From: an uncultured Acidobacteriota bacterium
GTDB taxonomy: Bacteria; Acidobacteriota; Thermoanaerobaculia; UBA5066
Assembly (NCBI GenBank): GCA_963779415.1
Contig: CAVZYA010000002.1
Coordinates: forward strand, 960,001-1,024,000
DNA: 64,000 bases
Direction: 5' to 3'
How positions within the stretch are numbered: position 1 is the first letter of the stretch; the number at the start of each line of letters is the position of its first letter. Under the pieces are notes generated by a model that was not told the origin of the DNA, made no database searches, and worked only from the letters and a program-made list of their open reading frames with translations. Both the position numbers and the translations under genes were made by a program. Positions 11,595 to 24,394 of the stretch are shown here, piece by piece.

Positions 11595-11613
11595 GGCTTC
11601 TTCAATTCTCCGG

Positions 11614-13239
11614 TCATCCGGCGGGGAACGCCCGGGCGAGTTCCCGGGCGAGGAAATCCTCGTCCTCGATCCGTCCCGCCTGCGCCGCGAAGGCGCTGTC
11701 GAGGGCGAGGCTCTGCGCGAGGGCCGCGTCGGTCTGGCCGGCGGCGTTCGCCCACTTGAGGCCGTCGGACGCCACACGGACGAGCGCCTCGCGGGCGTGG
11801 ACCCGTGCCATCGCGGCGAGGACGGGGGCGCCGAGGGAGAGAACGGTCGACGGCTTCGACGCGGCGCGCTCGGAGAAGATCGCCGCGGTCTCGGCCCACG
11901 CCGTCAGCTCCCCGAGACGGAAGAGGACGTGCTGGTTCCGCGTGAGGCGGTCCAGGCGGCACCGCTCGAAGAGGGCGGCGAGGGAGCGGAGCGCCTGCGC
12001 CGCGAATGGCGCGCCCGTCTCGGCGCTGTCCGCCAAGACGCGCCGCCCAGTCGAGATACCAGGTCCCCCTGGTCTTCAGGTGGTGCTGCCACCGGTCGCG
12101 GGCGATCGTCCACTCCATGATCTCCGAGGTTCCTTCGTAGATCGTCGTGATCCTGACGTCGCGCTTGATCTTCTCGACCAGGTACTCGCGCGTGTAGCCG
12201 TACCCGCCGAGCGCCTGGATCGAGTCTTCGGCGGCCGGTTGCCGGCTTCCGTCGCCGCGTACTTCGCGACGGCCCCCTCGGTCGCGAGGTCCGGCTCGCC
12301 GCCGTCGATCCGCTCGGCCGTCCACTCGATGTAGGCGCGCGCCGCCTCCAGCCGGACGGCGTTCGGAACGATGAGCTTGTGGGTGTACCCCTGCTTCTGC
12401 GAGAGGGGGGCTCCCCCCTGGACGCGGGTCTGCGAGTAGCGGATCGCCCGCTCGAGTGCGGCCCAGCCGGCCCCGAGGCCGAACGCCGCGACCATCAGGC
12501 GCGTGTAGCCGAAGACGGCCTGCGCCTGCGCGAGCCCCTTCCCCTCGATTCCCCCCACGAGCCGCTCGGCCGGGACCACGACGTCCTCGAGGAACAGTGC
12601 CGCCGTGTTGCTCGCCCGGATGCCGTGCTTGTCCTCCGGCTTGCCGTGCGAGAAGCCGGGGAGCCCCTTCTCGACGACGAACCACGAGGGGCCGCCGGGG
12701 GCGTTCGCGAGGATCGTGTAGATGTCCGCGACGCCGCCGTTCGAGATCCACTGCTTCCGGCCGGAGATCCGGTAGGCCGTCGTCTTCCCGCCTTCGGCGA
12801 CCGGCACCGCCGTCGTCTGGAGGGCCGCGAGGTCGCTCCCCGCCTGCGGCTCGGTCGCCCCGTAAGCCATCAGGAGCCCCTCGTCCGCGAGGCGCCCCAT
12901 CCAATGCGCCTTCTGATCCGGCGTCGCACCGACGAGAATCGGGTCGGCCCCGAGGCAGGTCGCGAGGACGCCGGTCGCGATGCCGAGGTCGATTCCGGAC
13001 ATCACCTCGCAGACGCGGTAGATGTCCCAGGCGCTTCCGCCGAGACCGCCGCTCTCCTCCGGGACGAAGAGAAGGTGGATGCCGATCTGCTGCGGGTCGT
13101 AGAGGTCCTTCAGGACCTTCTCGGGGAAGACGTCCTCGTGGTCCAGCTTCAGGAGGACCTCGGGAGTCAGCTCGCGCGCCGCGTACTCCTTCAGCGTCGC
13201 GAGGAGCATCTCCAGAGTTTCATTGTCGAGACGTGCCAT
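11614..13239 (-). CDS. Acyl-CoA dehydrogenase family protein with C-terminal extension (~540 aa; frameshifts near 12235 and 12035)
   Basis: ORF 12076..13239 has [31 protein letters not shown]; continues in ORF 11591..12904 ([34 protein letters not shown]) and ORF 11614..12036. Confidence 0.9.
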
Positions 13240-13301
13240 CGGCTCCCCCTCCCGGCGGACGGTACCGGCGAACTCTAGGCGTGAACCGCGGCTCAGCCTT
13301 T

Positions 13302-13328
13302 AGTGCAGATGCACTTGATTCAACTGCA
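13302..13328. promoter_or_regulatory. Palindromic candidate operator in the divergent region upstream of the PKS operon
   Basis: AGTGCA-GA-TGCACT (13302-13315) overlapping imperfect TGCA-CTTGATTCAAC-TGCA (13310-13328) in an AT-rich patch; -10-like TAGAGT on the minus strand at ~13272-13277. Confidence 0.35.
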
Positions 13329-13404
13329 TGGGGGGCCTCGAGATGCCGTCCCCTGCGACCCCGTCTCACGGAACGGGGTACGATCCCCGTCCCACGGGCT
13401 CTCC

Positions 13405-14539
13405 ATGGATACGCTGACCCACGGACTCGCCGGCGCCCTGATCGCGAGAGGTTTTCCCGGCACGGGCGACGCGGACCTCGATGCGCGCCTCGGGCGCCGG
13501 GAGGCGATCGTCGGGTTTCTCTCGGCCATCCTCCCGGACGCGGACGCCCTTCCGAATCCGCTCTCGGCCGAGTTCTACATCGAGCACCACCGGCATCTCT
13601 CTCACTCGTTCGTCCTCCTTCCTCTCTGGGCCGTGGCCCTCGGCCTCCTCTTTTCGCTCCGGCTTCCCCTCCCCGAGGGGGGCGTCGGCGCGGCGGCCCG
13701 GCGAACCGCCCGAATCCGCCTCGTCCTCGTCTCGGCGCTCGGCCTGGCCTCGCACATCCTCCTCGACTGGGTCACGTCGTGGGGGACGCGGTTTCTGGCG
13801 CCGCTCTCCGAGCGGGCCTTCGCGCTCGACTGGCTCTTCATCGTGGATCTCTTCCTCTCCGGGCTCCTCCTCGTGGGCGTCGCCGGAGCGTTGCTCTTCC
13901 TTCGCAGCCGGAGCCGCGCCGTGGCTCGTGTCTCGCTCGCGACGGCGGCGCTCTACGTCGGCTTCTGCGGCGTGATGCACGGCCGGGCGCTGGCCGTCGC
14001 GAAGGGGCTCGCGCCGGAGGCACCGGTCTCGTGCCGCGATCCCGCAGCCGCTTCTTCCGACGCGCTGGCTCCTCCTTTCGGAGACGGGACACGAAGTTCG
14101 GGCGGACTTCGTCGATCTCCTCGCCCGGGCTCCGGCGGGGCCGCCTCCCTCCCGGGAGGCTCTCGCCGCCTTTCACGCCTCGCGGGAGCCGCTTCTGCCG
14201 CTCCTGAAGCGACTGGGGGCTTTCTACCGGCCGGCCGACGACCCCGCCCCGTATTTCCTCGAAGGGGAGGGGAAGTTCGCCGAGCGCGGCCTGGCGGATG
14301 CGGAAGCCTCCGTCTTCGGCCGCTTCGCCCGTTTCCCGGTGGCGCGCGCCGAGAAAGCCGGGGACGGAAGCGTCGTCGTCACGGTCCGCGACGCACGTTT
14401 CGCCCATCTCGCGGACGGGTTCGACCCGTTCGCCTACGTTCTCCGGTACGGGCCGGACGGGCGGCTCGCCGCTTCGGGCTTTACCTCTCCCCGCTGGATG
14501 AAGCCGCCGGGATCGCACGGCCTCGGCCTGGCGCGGTAG
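13405..14539 (+). CDS. Inner-membrane metal-dependent hydrolase (YdjM/DUF457-like), frameshift near 14030
   Basis: MDTLTHGLAGALI, LPDAD, HRHLSHS, SHILLDWVTSWGT motifs; after the shift reads AAIPQPLLPTRW and continues into ORF 14339..14539. Confidence 0.8.
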
Positions 14540-14556
14540 CGGGGGCGGCGGTCCCC

Positions 14557-14898
14557 CTATTCGATCCAGAGATCCAGCGTGACCCGGAGGGCGTCGTCGA
14601 CCCGGCGCATCTCCTCGGCGCCGAGAACGGCCAGTCGCGAACGAAGACGGAGCCGGTCCACCGAACGAATCTGGTCTCCAAGGGCCCTCGCCGGCTTCCC
14701 GGCGATCTCGACGGCGGCCTCGCCGGGATAGAGACTCTCAACGTTTCCGGTCACGGGGACGACGACGACACGGCTCCCGAACCGGTTGCACGAGTCGTTC
14801 GAGACGACGATCGCGGGGCGCGTCTTCCTGATCTCCGTGCCGAGGGCCGGGTCAAGGGCGACCCACCAGACTTCTCCCCGCCTTGGCGCGCGCTTCAC
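14557..14898 (-). CDS. PemK/MazF-family toxin
   Basis: VKRAPRRGEVWWVALDPALGTEIRKTRPAIVVSND...VVVPVT...ALGDQIRSVDRLRL; GTG start at ~14898. Confidence 0.85.
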   Translation of the reverse strand: MKRAPRRGEVWWVALDPALGTEIRKTRPAIVVSNDSCNRFGSRVVVVPVTGNVESLYPGEAAVEIAGKPARALGDQIRSVDRLRLRSRLAVLGAEEMRRVDDALRVTLDLWIE

Positions 14899-15123
14899 GT
14901 TGGCCAGCCTTCCGATCTCCGTGACGGCCCAGTCGCGAGAAAGCTCTTTCCGCCACCGTTCTTTCCGCGCCGCCTTGTAAGCCGCGTCCAGCGTCGCTGC
15001 ATCGGGCGCCAGCCGCGCCCGGACGGCCGCTTCGATGAACGCGCTGATCTTCTTGGGCGGCACCTCTTCCTTGAGTCGCCGGTAGAGCTTCGGGTCCATC
15101 GTGATGTTCAGTCGGGCGGGCAT
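14895..15123 (-). CDS. Ribbon-helix-helix-type antitoxin (in-frame fused to the toxin in this sequence)
   Basis: MPARLNITMDPKLYRRLKEEVPPKKISAFIEAAVRARL, upstream of the toxin; GGAGG RBS; removing one G near 14912 restores ...EIEGWPT* with a GTGA overlap. Confidence 0.75.
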
Positions 15124-15144
15124 GGCGGACCTCCTGCAGGGAAA

Positions 15145-15159
15145 CTGTATTCTATACAG
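15145..15159. promoter_or_regulatory. Inverted-repeat operator overlapping the -10 box of the TA operon
   Basis: CTGTAT-TCT-ATACAG; the minus strand contains TAGAAT within it. Confidence 0.55.
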
Positions 15160-15205
15160 GATTTGACCGGCTCCCCGAAAACCCGCAGAGCTGCCTGGCT
15201 GGAAA

Positions 15206-15225
15206 CGGAGTGAGGACCCACTCCG
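15206..15225 (-). terminator. Possible weak intrinsic terminator after the sulfatase gene
   Basis: CGGAGTG/CACTCCG 7-bp stem with 6-nt loop, followed by TTT on the minus strand. Confidence 0.3.
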
Positions 15226-15260
15226 GTCACACCGCGCCTCGGGCGGCTAAGGGTGGCCGG

Positions 15261-17114
15261 TCACCGGGCGTAGCCGAGAGAGTGGAGCCTCCGCGCTTCC
15301 TCGGGGGCGAGCGACGGCCGTCCGCCCGGCGCGTAGACGGTCTCCTGACGATGGAAATTCTCGAGCCACCCGCGCAGGTCGGCCACCCGACGCGGCTCGT
15401 CCGCGCTCCGGTCGAACGACTCCGCGGGATCGGCCTCGATGTCGAACAGCTCCGACTTGGCGCCGTCGGTCACGATGAGCTTCCAGCGGCCGTCGACGAC
15501 GACTTCGAAGGCATGACGGAACCGGTCCCCGAAGAGGAGGCACATCGCGACGTTCACGCCGTTCTCCGCGACGAGGCGGCGCGGCCGCGAGGCGACGACG
15601 GGCGCCTCCGGAAGGGCCAGGGAGGTCAGCAGATGGGACGGGGTGACACCGGCGGCGCGCAGAAGGGTCGGGTAGACGTCGACGGAGGAGACGGGCGCCG
15701 GGTCGACGTGAGGCGTCACCTTCCAGGAGCGCGGGTACCGGACGAGGAGGGGAACCCGGAGAGCCTGGTCGTAGACGTAATGGCCGTGGTCGAGGAGGTT
15801 CTTCCTCCCGAGAAAGTCGCCGTGGTCCGCGGTGAAGACGACGAGCGTTTCCCACCCGGTCGAGGTGCTCGCGTCCACTCCCGAGAGAAGGAGGCCGAAG
15901 TGGTGGTCGACGTACCGCACCTCGCCGTCGTAGAGCGCGGCGATGTGAGCGAGGACGTCCGGCGGCAGAGGATCGCCCCAGCGCATGATCCTCTCTGCGA
16001 GAGGCTCCCCATCGAGCTGGGTATCCCAGGTCTCGAAGCAGTTGGCCGGAAGGGGTCCGTCGTACCGATAGCCCGGCCTCAGGTCTTCGGGCGGGGGCTG
16101 GTATGGCTGGTGGGGGCCGAAGAGGTGGACGAAGAGGAAGATCGGCCGGAGGCTGGAGCGGCGCGCGTCCCGAAGCCAGCCGAGGGCCTCATTCGCGGCT
16201 AGGTCGTCGTGGTCGTGCTTGGTGAAGCGAGAAGCGGTCGAAACCGCGGGCGAAACCGGTTCTTGGGGAGACGAGGAACCAGTCGCTGAAGCCGCCCGTT
16301 GCATATCCGCCGCGAGAGAGGGCCTCGGCAACGTCTCGACGCCGCGGGTCATGATGGTATGGATGGGGTGCGGCTCGTTGGGGGCCCCATGGAGGAACCA
16401 CCATCGGGAGATGGGGAGCGATTCGGCGGCGTCGTTGCAGAAGCGCGCTCCGTGGGCCGACGGATGGATTCCCGTGAAGATCGAGGACATGGCCGGGATC
16501 GTCCATGGCGCGACGGACCAGACGTGCGTGAACCGGACCGCCTCCCCCGCGAATCGCTGGACGTTGGGGGCCAGGTCGGCGAACTCGCGGGCGTTGATCC
16601 GATCGGCACGCAGAGTGTCCACGGTGACGAGGACGATGTCGGGCCGCACGGTGGGCGACAGGAAGAGGCCGGCTGCCGACGCGGCGGCAGATGCCGCGAG
16701 GCCGAGGCGAAGGGCGAGGCGGACGCGAAGCACCGGAAACGCCGCCGCGAGGACGAGGAGTCCGCCGCCCACGAGCCGGCCCGCGACCTGGTCCACCTCG
16801 GCGCCCTGTACGGAACCGGCCGGAGCGGCGAGAAGAAGGGCCACGGCCGCCGCCGCGGCCGCCGGAGGGGCGAGGCGCCCGAACCGGGTGCGTGCCCCGA
16901 GTCCCAGAGCGACGACGATCCACGCGATCAAGACGAGCGCGGCGGTCGTGCCGAGCACCTCCGCCACGGCGAGCGGGGCCCTCGTCGACCATGCCGGGAG
17001 GGTGAAGAGAGGCCGGACCGCGATGAAGCACGCCACGGTCAACGCGGCGGGCAGAACCAGCGCCGTTCCCCGGAAGGCGATTCGAAGCCCTGAATCGTCC
17101 AACAGAACCGACAT
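15261..17114 (-). CDS. Membrane-anchored sulfatase/alkaline-phosphatase superfamily protein (local compensating frameshifts ~16230-16330)
   Basis: N-terminal hydrophobic segments, then PDIVLVTVDTLRADR, APWTIPAMSSIFTG, FLFVHLFGPHQPY, YDGEVRYVD, TADHGD; the segment AEALSRGGYATGGF..GFARGFDRF lies in another frame. Confidence 0.85.
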   Translation of the reverse strand: MSVLLDDSGLRIAFRGTALVLPAALTVACFIAVRPLFTLPAWSTRAPLAVAEVLGTTAALVLIAWIVVALGLGARTRFGRLAPPAAAAAAVALLLAAPAGSVQGAEVDQVAGRLVGGGLLVLAAAFPVLRVRLALRLGLAASAAASAAGLFLSPTVRPDIVLVTVDTLRADRINAREFADLAPNVQRFAGEAVRFTHVWSVAPWTIPAMSSIFTGIHPSAHGARFCNDAAESLPISRWWFLHGAPNEPHPIHTIMTRGVETLPRPSLAADMQRAASATGSSSPQEPVSPAVSTASRFTKHDHDDLAANEALGWLRDARRSSLRPIFLFVHLFGPHQPYQPPPEDLRPGYRYDGPLPANCFETWDTQLDGEPLAERIMRWGDPLPPDVLAHIAALYDGEVRYVDHHFGLLLSGVDASTSTGWETLVVFTADHGDFLGRKNLLDHGHYVYDQALRVPLLVRYPRSWKVTPHVDPAPVSSVDVYPTLLRAAGVTPSHLLTSLALPEAPVVASRPRRLVAENGVNVAMCLLFGDRFRHAFEVVVDGRWKLIVTDGAKSELFDIEADPAESFDRSADEPRRVADLRGWLENFHRQETVYAPGGRPSLAPEEARRLHSLGYAR

Positions 17115-17179
17115 TTTATCGTACAGGGCGCGCGGAGCGGGGGTCAGGCCGCGCCATGGACGGCCGCGTTTCCGGGGGG

Positions 17180-18190
17180 TTACGCCTCGGCGGTTGCCGG
17201 TGTCGCGGGGGCATTCGGCTTCGTGGCCGGCTCCGCGCCTCGGGCCAGCCACGCCGAGGCCGTTCCGAGATACGCCGTCCGGGAGAAGATCCGGGCGAAG
17301 ACGACGACTTGCTGCAGGAAGAGGAGCGTGGCGTAGTCGGAGAGGTCGCCGCCGTCCCACGCCCGGCCGTAACGCACCCAGAGCGCGAGCGGGAGGATCC
17401 CGAACGCCCCGAAGAAGATCTCGAGGCCGAGCGTTCCGACGGGGTGCGCGAAGGCCATGCCGAGCCCGCGTCCGAGCGCGGCGGCGAGGTTGATGCTCCC
17501 CGAGAGCCCCATCGAGGCCCGGCCGAACTGGACGACGACCCGGACGAAGCCCGCCACGACGAGGAAGACCGTGAGACGGACGAGCTGCAGGACGAGCGCC
17601 TGCCACTCATAACGGAATTGGGATGCGTCGTAGAGGAAGCCCGTCCCGACATAGAGGTAGCGCCAGGCAGCAATCAGAAGGACGGCCGAGAGGACTCCGA
17701 GGAAGAGCGACGGGAAGGCGAACCTCCCGCAGTCCTCGCCGAACGCCGCGAGGCTCGAGCGTCCGCTCGCCGCGCCGAAGCGCCCGGCGAATCCTCCCGC
17801 GAGAATGGCGGCGAGCGCAGTCGAGAGCGCGCCGAACGCGACCGTCGCGCCGGCAAGGCCGTCCCTCGGGAGGAGGTCCGCGAGCGAAGCGCGGGCCGAG
17901 GTGCCCGACGGCGTGTTCCCGGTCACGACGTCCTCCAGCTTGCCGACGTCTCCGAGGACGTCCGGGCGGACCCGGGTGAAGTGGGCGAAGAAGAGCGGGT
18001 CGACGCCCTTCGTCAGCCGCTCGGCCCACGGGTTGCGGTCGAGCGTCTCGTGGAGGGCGCTCGCGGCCGGTCGGACGAGAACGAACGCGAGGGCGGCGTT
18101 CAAAAGGAGAGCGAGGAGGAGCGCCTTCCACATCGTGAGGGTGGAGGCGAAGGCGCGGAAGACGAGGACGGTGACCGAATGGCGTCTCAT
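17180..18190 (-). CDS. Multi-pass membrane protein of unknown function
   Basis: From MRRHSVTVLVFRAF in ORF 17180..18652; about 6 hydrophobic helices; ATGA overlap with the M1 peptidase stop. Confidence 0.75.
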   Translation of the reverse strand: MRRHSVTVLVFRAFASTLTMWKALLLALLLNAALAFVLVRPAASALHETLDRNPWAERLTKGVDPLFFAHFTRVRPDVLGDVGKLEDVVTGNTPSGTSARASLADLLPRDGLAGATVAFGALSTALAAILAGGFAGRFGAASGRSSLAAFGEDCGRFAFPSLFLGVLSAVLLIAAWRYLYVGTGFLYDASQFRYEWQALVLQLVRLTVFLVVAGFVRVVVQFGRASMGLSGSINLAAALGRGLGMAFAHPVGTLGLEIFFGAFGILPLALWVRYGRAWDGGDLSDYATLLFLQQVVVFARIFSRTAYLGTASAWLARGAEPATKPNAPATPATAEA

Positions 18191-20187
18191 CGCACCCCCC
18201 CGACGAATCCGAGGAGGGCGAAGAACTCGAGGGCGTTCTGCGCCCAGAAGCGGAGGCGCATGGCCCACGCGCTCACGGCGCGCGCGTCCTTCTCCACCGT
18301 CATCCCGTTGTTCAGGACGTTGACGTCGAGGAGGAGCTTCCGGTCGGGGTCGACGCGTGCCGAGAGGAGCCTCGGTCCCGTCGCGCGGTAGCGCACCCAC
18401 CGGTCCTTCCCGTCCCAGACCGTCCGGAAGAGCTGCCCGCCGGCGAAGACCAACTCCACGTCGACCGGCCAGACCGCCTCGCCCATCCGCCGGACGACGA
18501 CGACCGACTCGTATGACACGGGATCCTTCGGCGCCGCTTCCTTCTCCTGGAACCGAAGGGCCGACCCCTCGCCGATCCACCCGACGGGAGGGGCGATTTT
18601 CTTCGTGGAGACGGAGCCGATGGCGTAGTCGAACGTGTTCGATGTGTCCCACGCCTCGTGGAAGAGCTCGTCCGCCCCGGGTCCGGCGATCTCCTTCACG
18701 ATCCCCCGGAAATCCGCGGCCGTCGGGTGACGGAAGGAGAAGCGCGTCGCGTACGTCTTCAGGATCTTCCCGAACGTCTCCGCGCCGAGCGTCCGCTCGG
18801 CCGAGGCGAGCGTGAGCGCCGTCTTCGAGTAGGCGTTCACGCGGATCGCCGCGCCGTCCAGCATCCGGTACGAGGGCTCGCTCGTCTCATCGGACCGGGA
18901 GGCGACCTGCCAGTCGAGGTAGCGCTGGCTTCCGAAGTCGGGGCGGGGAAGCCGGATCCCGCGGAAGACGATCGGGATCCCGAAAATGCGCTTCACGAGC
19001 GGCGGATCGCCGAAGGCGCCGCTCATCGTGACTTCGGTCGCGTAGCTGTTGAATCCCTCGTCGAGGTGCGCCTCCTCGAACTCGTTCGAGGCGAGGAGGC
19101 CGTAGAAGATCTGGTGTCCGAACTCGTGGACGGTGACCCCCTCCGGGCTTCCCGTCCCGGCCGGGGAGAGCCAGCTCGCCCCTCCGGTGAAGAGGGTCGG
19201 GTACTCCATCCCCCCCGACGCGGCGCCCCATGGCGGATCGACGACCGTCACCTGCGGGTACGGATAGGGAACGTAACGCGTCCCGTAGTCGAGAAGCGCC
19301 GCGCGCGTTGCGGCGAAGTAGCGTTCCTTCACGCGCCGGTGGTCGGGCTGGAGAAGAAGGACGATCTCCACCTTCGGAAGGCCCGGCGCGTCGAACGTTT
19401 CGCGGGAGACTTCGAAACGGGGCGAAGCGGTCCAGGCGAAGTCGTGGACGTCCTCGGCGACGAAGCGGACCTTCACCCCCGCGGCGACGTCCGTCTCTTC
19501 CTTCGGGACGCCGGAAGCGCCGACCTTCCCCTTGAACTCCTTCGGGAGCGTCAGCGTCACGTCGTAGTCGCCGAAGTCGGCGAAAAACTCCGTCCCGGCG
19601 TGGAACTGATGGACGTTCCACCCCGAGTCGGTGGCCACGCCGAGCTTCGGGAACCACTGCGCCCCCATGACGAAGTCGTCCTTCCAGCCGGTCCTCGCGA
19701 TGGTCCGGGGAAGCTTCGCCCCCCAGTCGAGGGAAAACGCGAGCGCTTGGCCGGGCTCGACGGGACGCGGGAGCGGCACGCAGGCGACGGTCCGGTCGTC
19801 GGGGTTTCCGTCGTCGGGGGAAACGTAGTGGAGGCCCGCCGTCAGGTCGGTGCCGTCCGCGAGGACGATCCGGTGAATCGCGCTCCACCCGAACCACTCC
19901 GCCGCGTTCCCGTGCCCGCGCCCGCGGCCGACCCCCTCCTCGTTCTCCTTCATCCAGGTGGAGCGGTTGGTCTTCCAGGCGTTCAGGTAGAGGTGGAAGC
20001 AGAGGTCGGGGACCGGCCGGGACGTCCGGTTCGTGAAGGTGACCGCCGACTTCCCGGCGAGGGTGTGCTCCGTCGCGTCGTACGTCACGTCCATCCGGTA
20101 CGAGGCGACGGGCGCGACCCGTGCTCCGGCGAGGAGGGGTGGAGTGAGCAGGAATACGGCGGAGAGGAGTGCGCTGTGAGGCTTCAC
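18187..20187 (-). CDS. M1-family zinc aminopeptidase (secreted)
   Basis: GGMEYP, HEFGH..NEFEEAHLDEGF, YSKT; signal peptide from GTG 20187. Confidence 0.9.
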   Translation of the reverse strand: MKPHSALLSAVFLLTPPLLAGARVAPVASYRMDVTYDATEHTLAGKSAVTFTNRTSRPVPDLCFHLYLNAWKTNRSTWMKENEEGVGRGRGHGNAAEWFGWSAIHRIVLADGTDLTAGLHYVSPDDGNPDDRTVACVPLPRPVEPGQALAFSLDWGAKLPRTIARTGWKDDFVMGAQWFPKLGVATDSGWNVHQFHAGTEFFADFGDYDVTLTLPKEFKGKVGASGVPKEETDVAAGVKVRFVAEDVHDFAWTASPRFEVSRETFDAPGLPKVEIVLLLQPDHRRVKERYFAATRAALLDYGTRYVPYPYPQVTVVDPPWGAASGGMEYPTLFTGGASWLSPAGTGSPEGVTVHEFGHQIFYGLLASNEFEEAHLDEGFNSYATEVTMSGAFGDPPLVKRIFGIPIVFRGIRLPRPDFGSQRYLDWQVASRSDETSEPSYRMLDGAAIRVNAYSKTALTLASAERTLGAETFGKILKTYATRFSFRHPTAADFRGIVKEIAGPGADELFHEAWDTSNTFDYAIGSVSTKKIAPPVGWIGEGSALRFQEKEAAPKDPVSYESVVVVRRMGEAVWPVDVELVFAGGQLFRTVWDGKDRWVRYRATGPRLLSARVDPDRKLLLDVNVLNNGMTVEKDARAVSAWAMRLRFWAQNALEFFALLGFVGGVR

Positions 20188-20237
20188 GGCGGGCGATGCT
20201 AGCAAGGTGAGAGGCACGAAGGCGCTATAGTTTCGGC

Positions 20238-20810
20238 ATGTCGCGGCCGGCGGAGCGGCTCGCCACGTGGGCGGACATCGCGGGATATCCGGAAGGGACG
20301 CGTGTCGAGATCTTCGACGGCGAGATCCAGATGGCGCCTCGTCCCGCCATCGCCCACGGTCTCATCCAGGCCTCCGTCTCGCATTTCATCGGGGGGCCGT
20401 TCGGCTTCGGAGACGGTCCGGGAGGCTGGTGGATCGTCATCGAGCCCGATGTGGAGCTGGCGGCGCACGTGGTCGTGGAACCCGATGTCGTCGGATGGCG
20501 CCGCTCACGAGTTCCGGAGTTTCCTGCCGAGCGACCGGTTCGGATCGTTCCCGACTGGATCTGCGAGGTTCTTTCGCCGTTCAACCGCCGGCAGGACCTC
20601 GTGACGAAGGCAGATCTGTACCTCCGCTGCGGCGTCCCGTACTACTGGACCATCGACCCCGAGGAGCGTGTCCTCCAGGCCCTGCGCCTCGACAAGACGA
20701 AAGGCTCATGGGAAGTCCTGGGGACCTGGTCCGACGGGCAGAAGGTCGCGATCCCGCCTTTTGAAGCCGTCACTCTCGACGTGACCCGGCTCTTCCCTCC
20801 GGCAAAGTAG
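20238..20810 (+). CDS. Uma2-family (PD-(D/E)XK) endonuclease-like protein
   Basis: EIFDGEI, VEPDVVGW, PDWICEVLSP, GVPYYWTIDP. Confidence 0.9.
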   Translation: MSRPAERLATWADIAGYPEGTRVEIFDGEIQMAPRPAIAHGLIQASVSHFIGGPFGFGDGPGGWWIVIEPDVELAAHVVVEPDVVGWRRSRVPEFPAERPVRIVPDWICEVLSPFNRRQDLVTKADLYLRCGVPYYWTIDPEERVLQALRLDKTKGSWEVLGTWSDGQKVAIPPFEAVTLDVTRLFPPAK

Positions 20811-20853
20811 GCACCGGACAAGAGGCCCCACCCCGGTCTCGTCTCCCGCCTAG

Positions 20854-24389
<3,536 letters not shown>

Positions 24390-24394
24390 CGGCG

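Noticed and set aside
6396-12240. Programmed ribosomal frameshifting or phase variation in the PKS
   Set aside because: Too many shifts, in mixed directions, with the same error type in housekeeping rlmI; sequencing error is simpler.
15145-15159. CTGT..ACAG as a LexA (SOS) box
   Set aside because: Spacer is 7 nt rather than 8, and the position fits TA autoregulation better.
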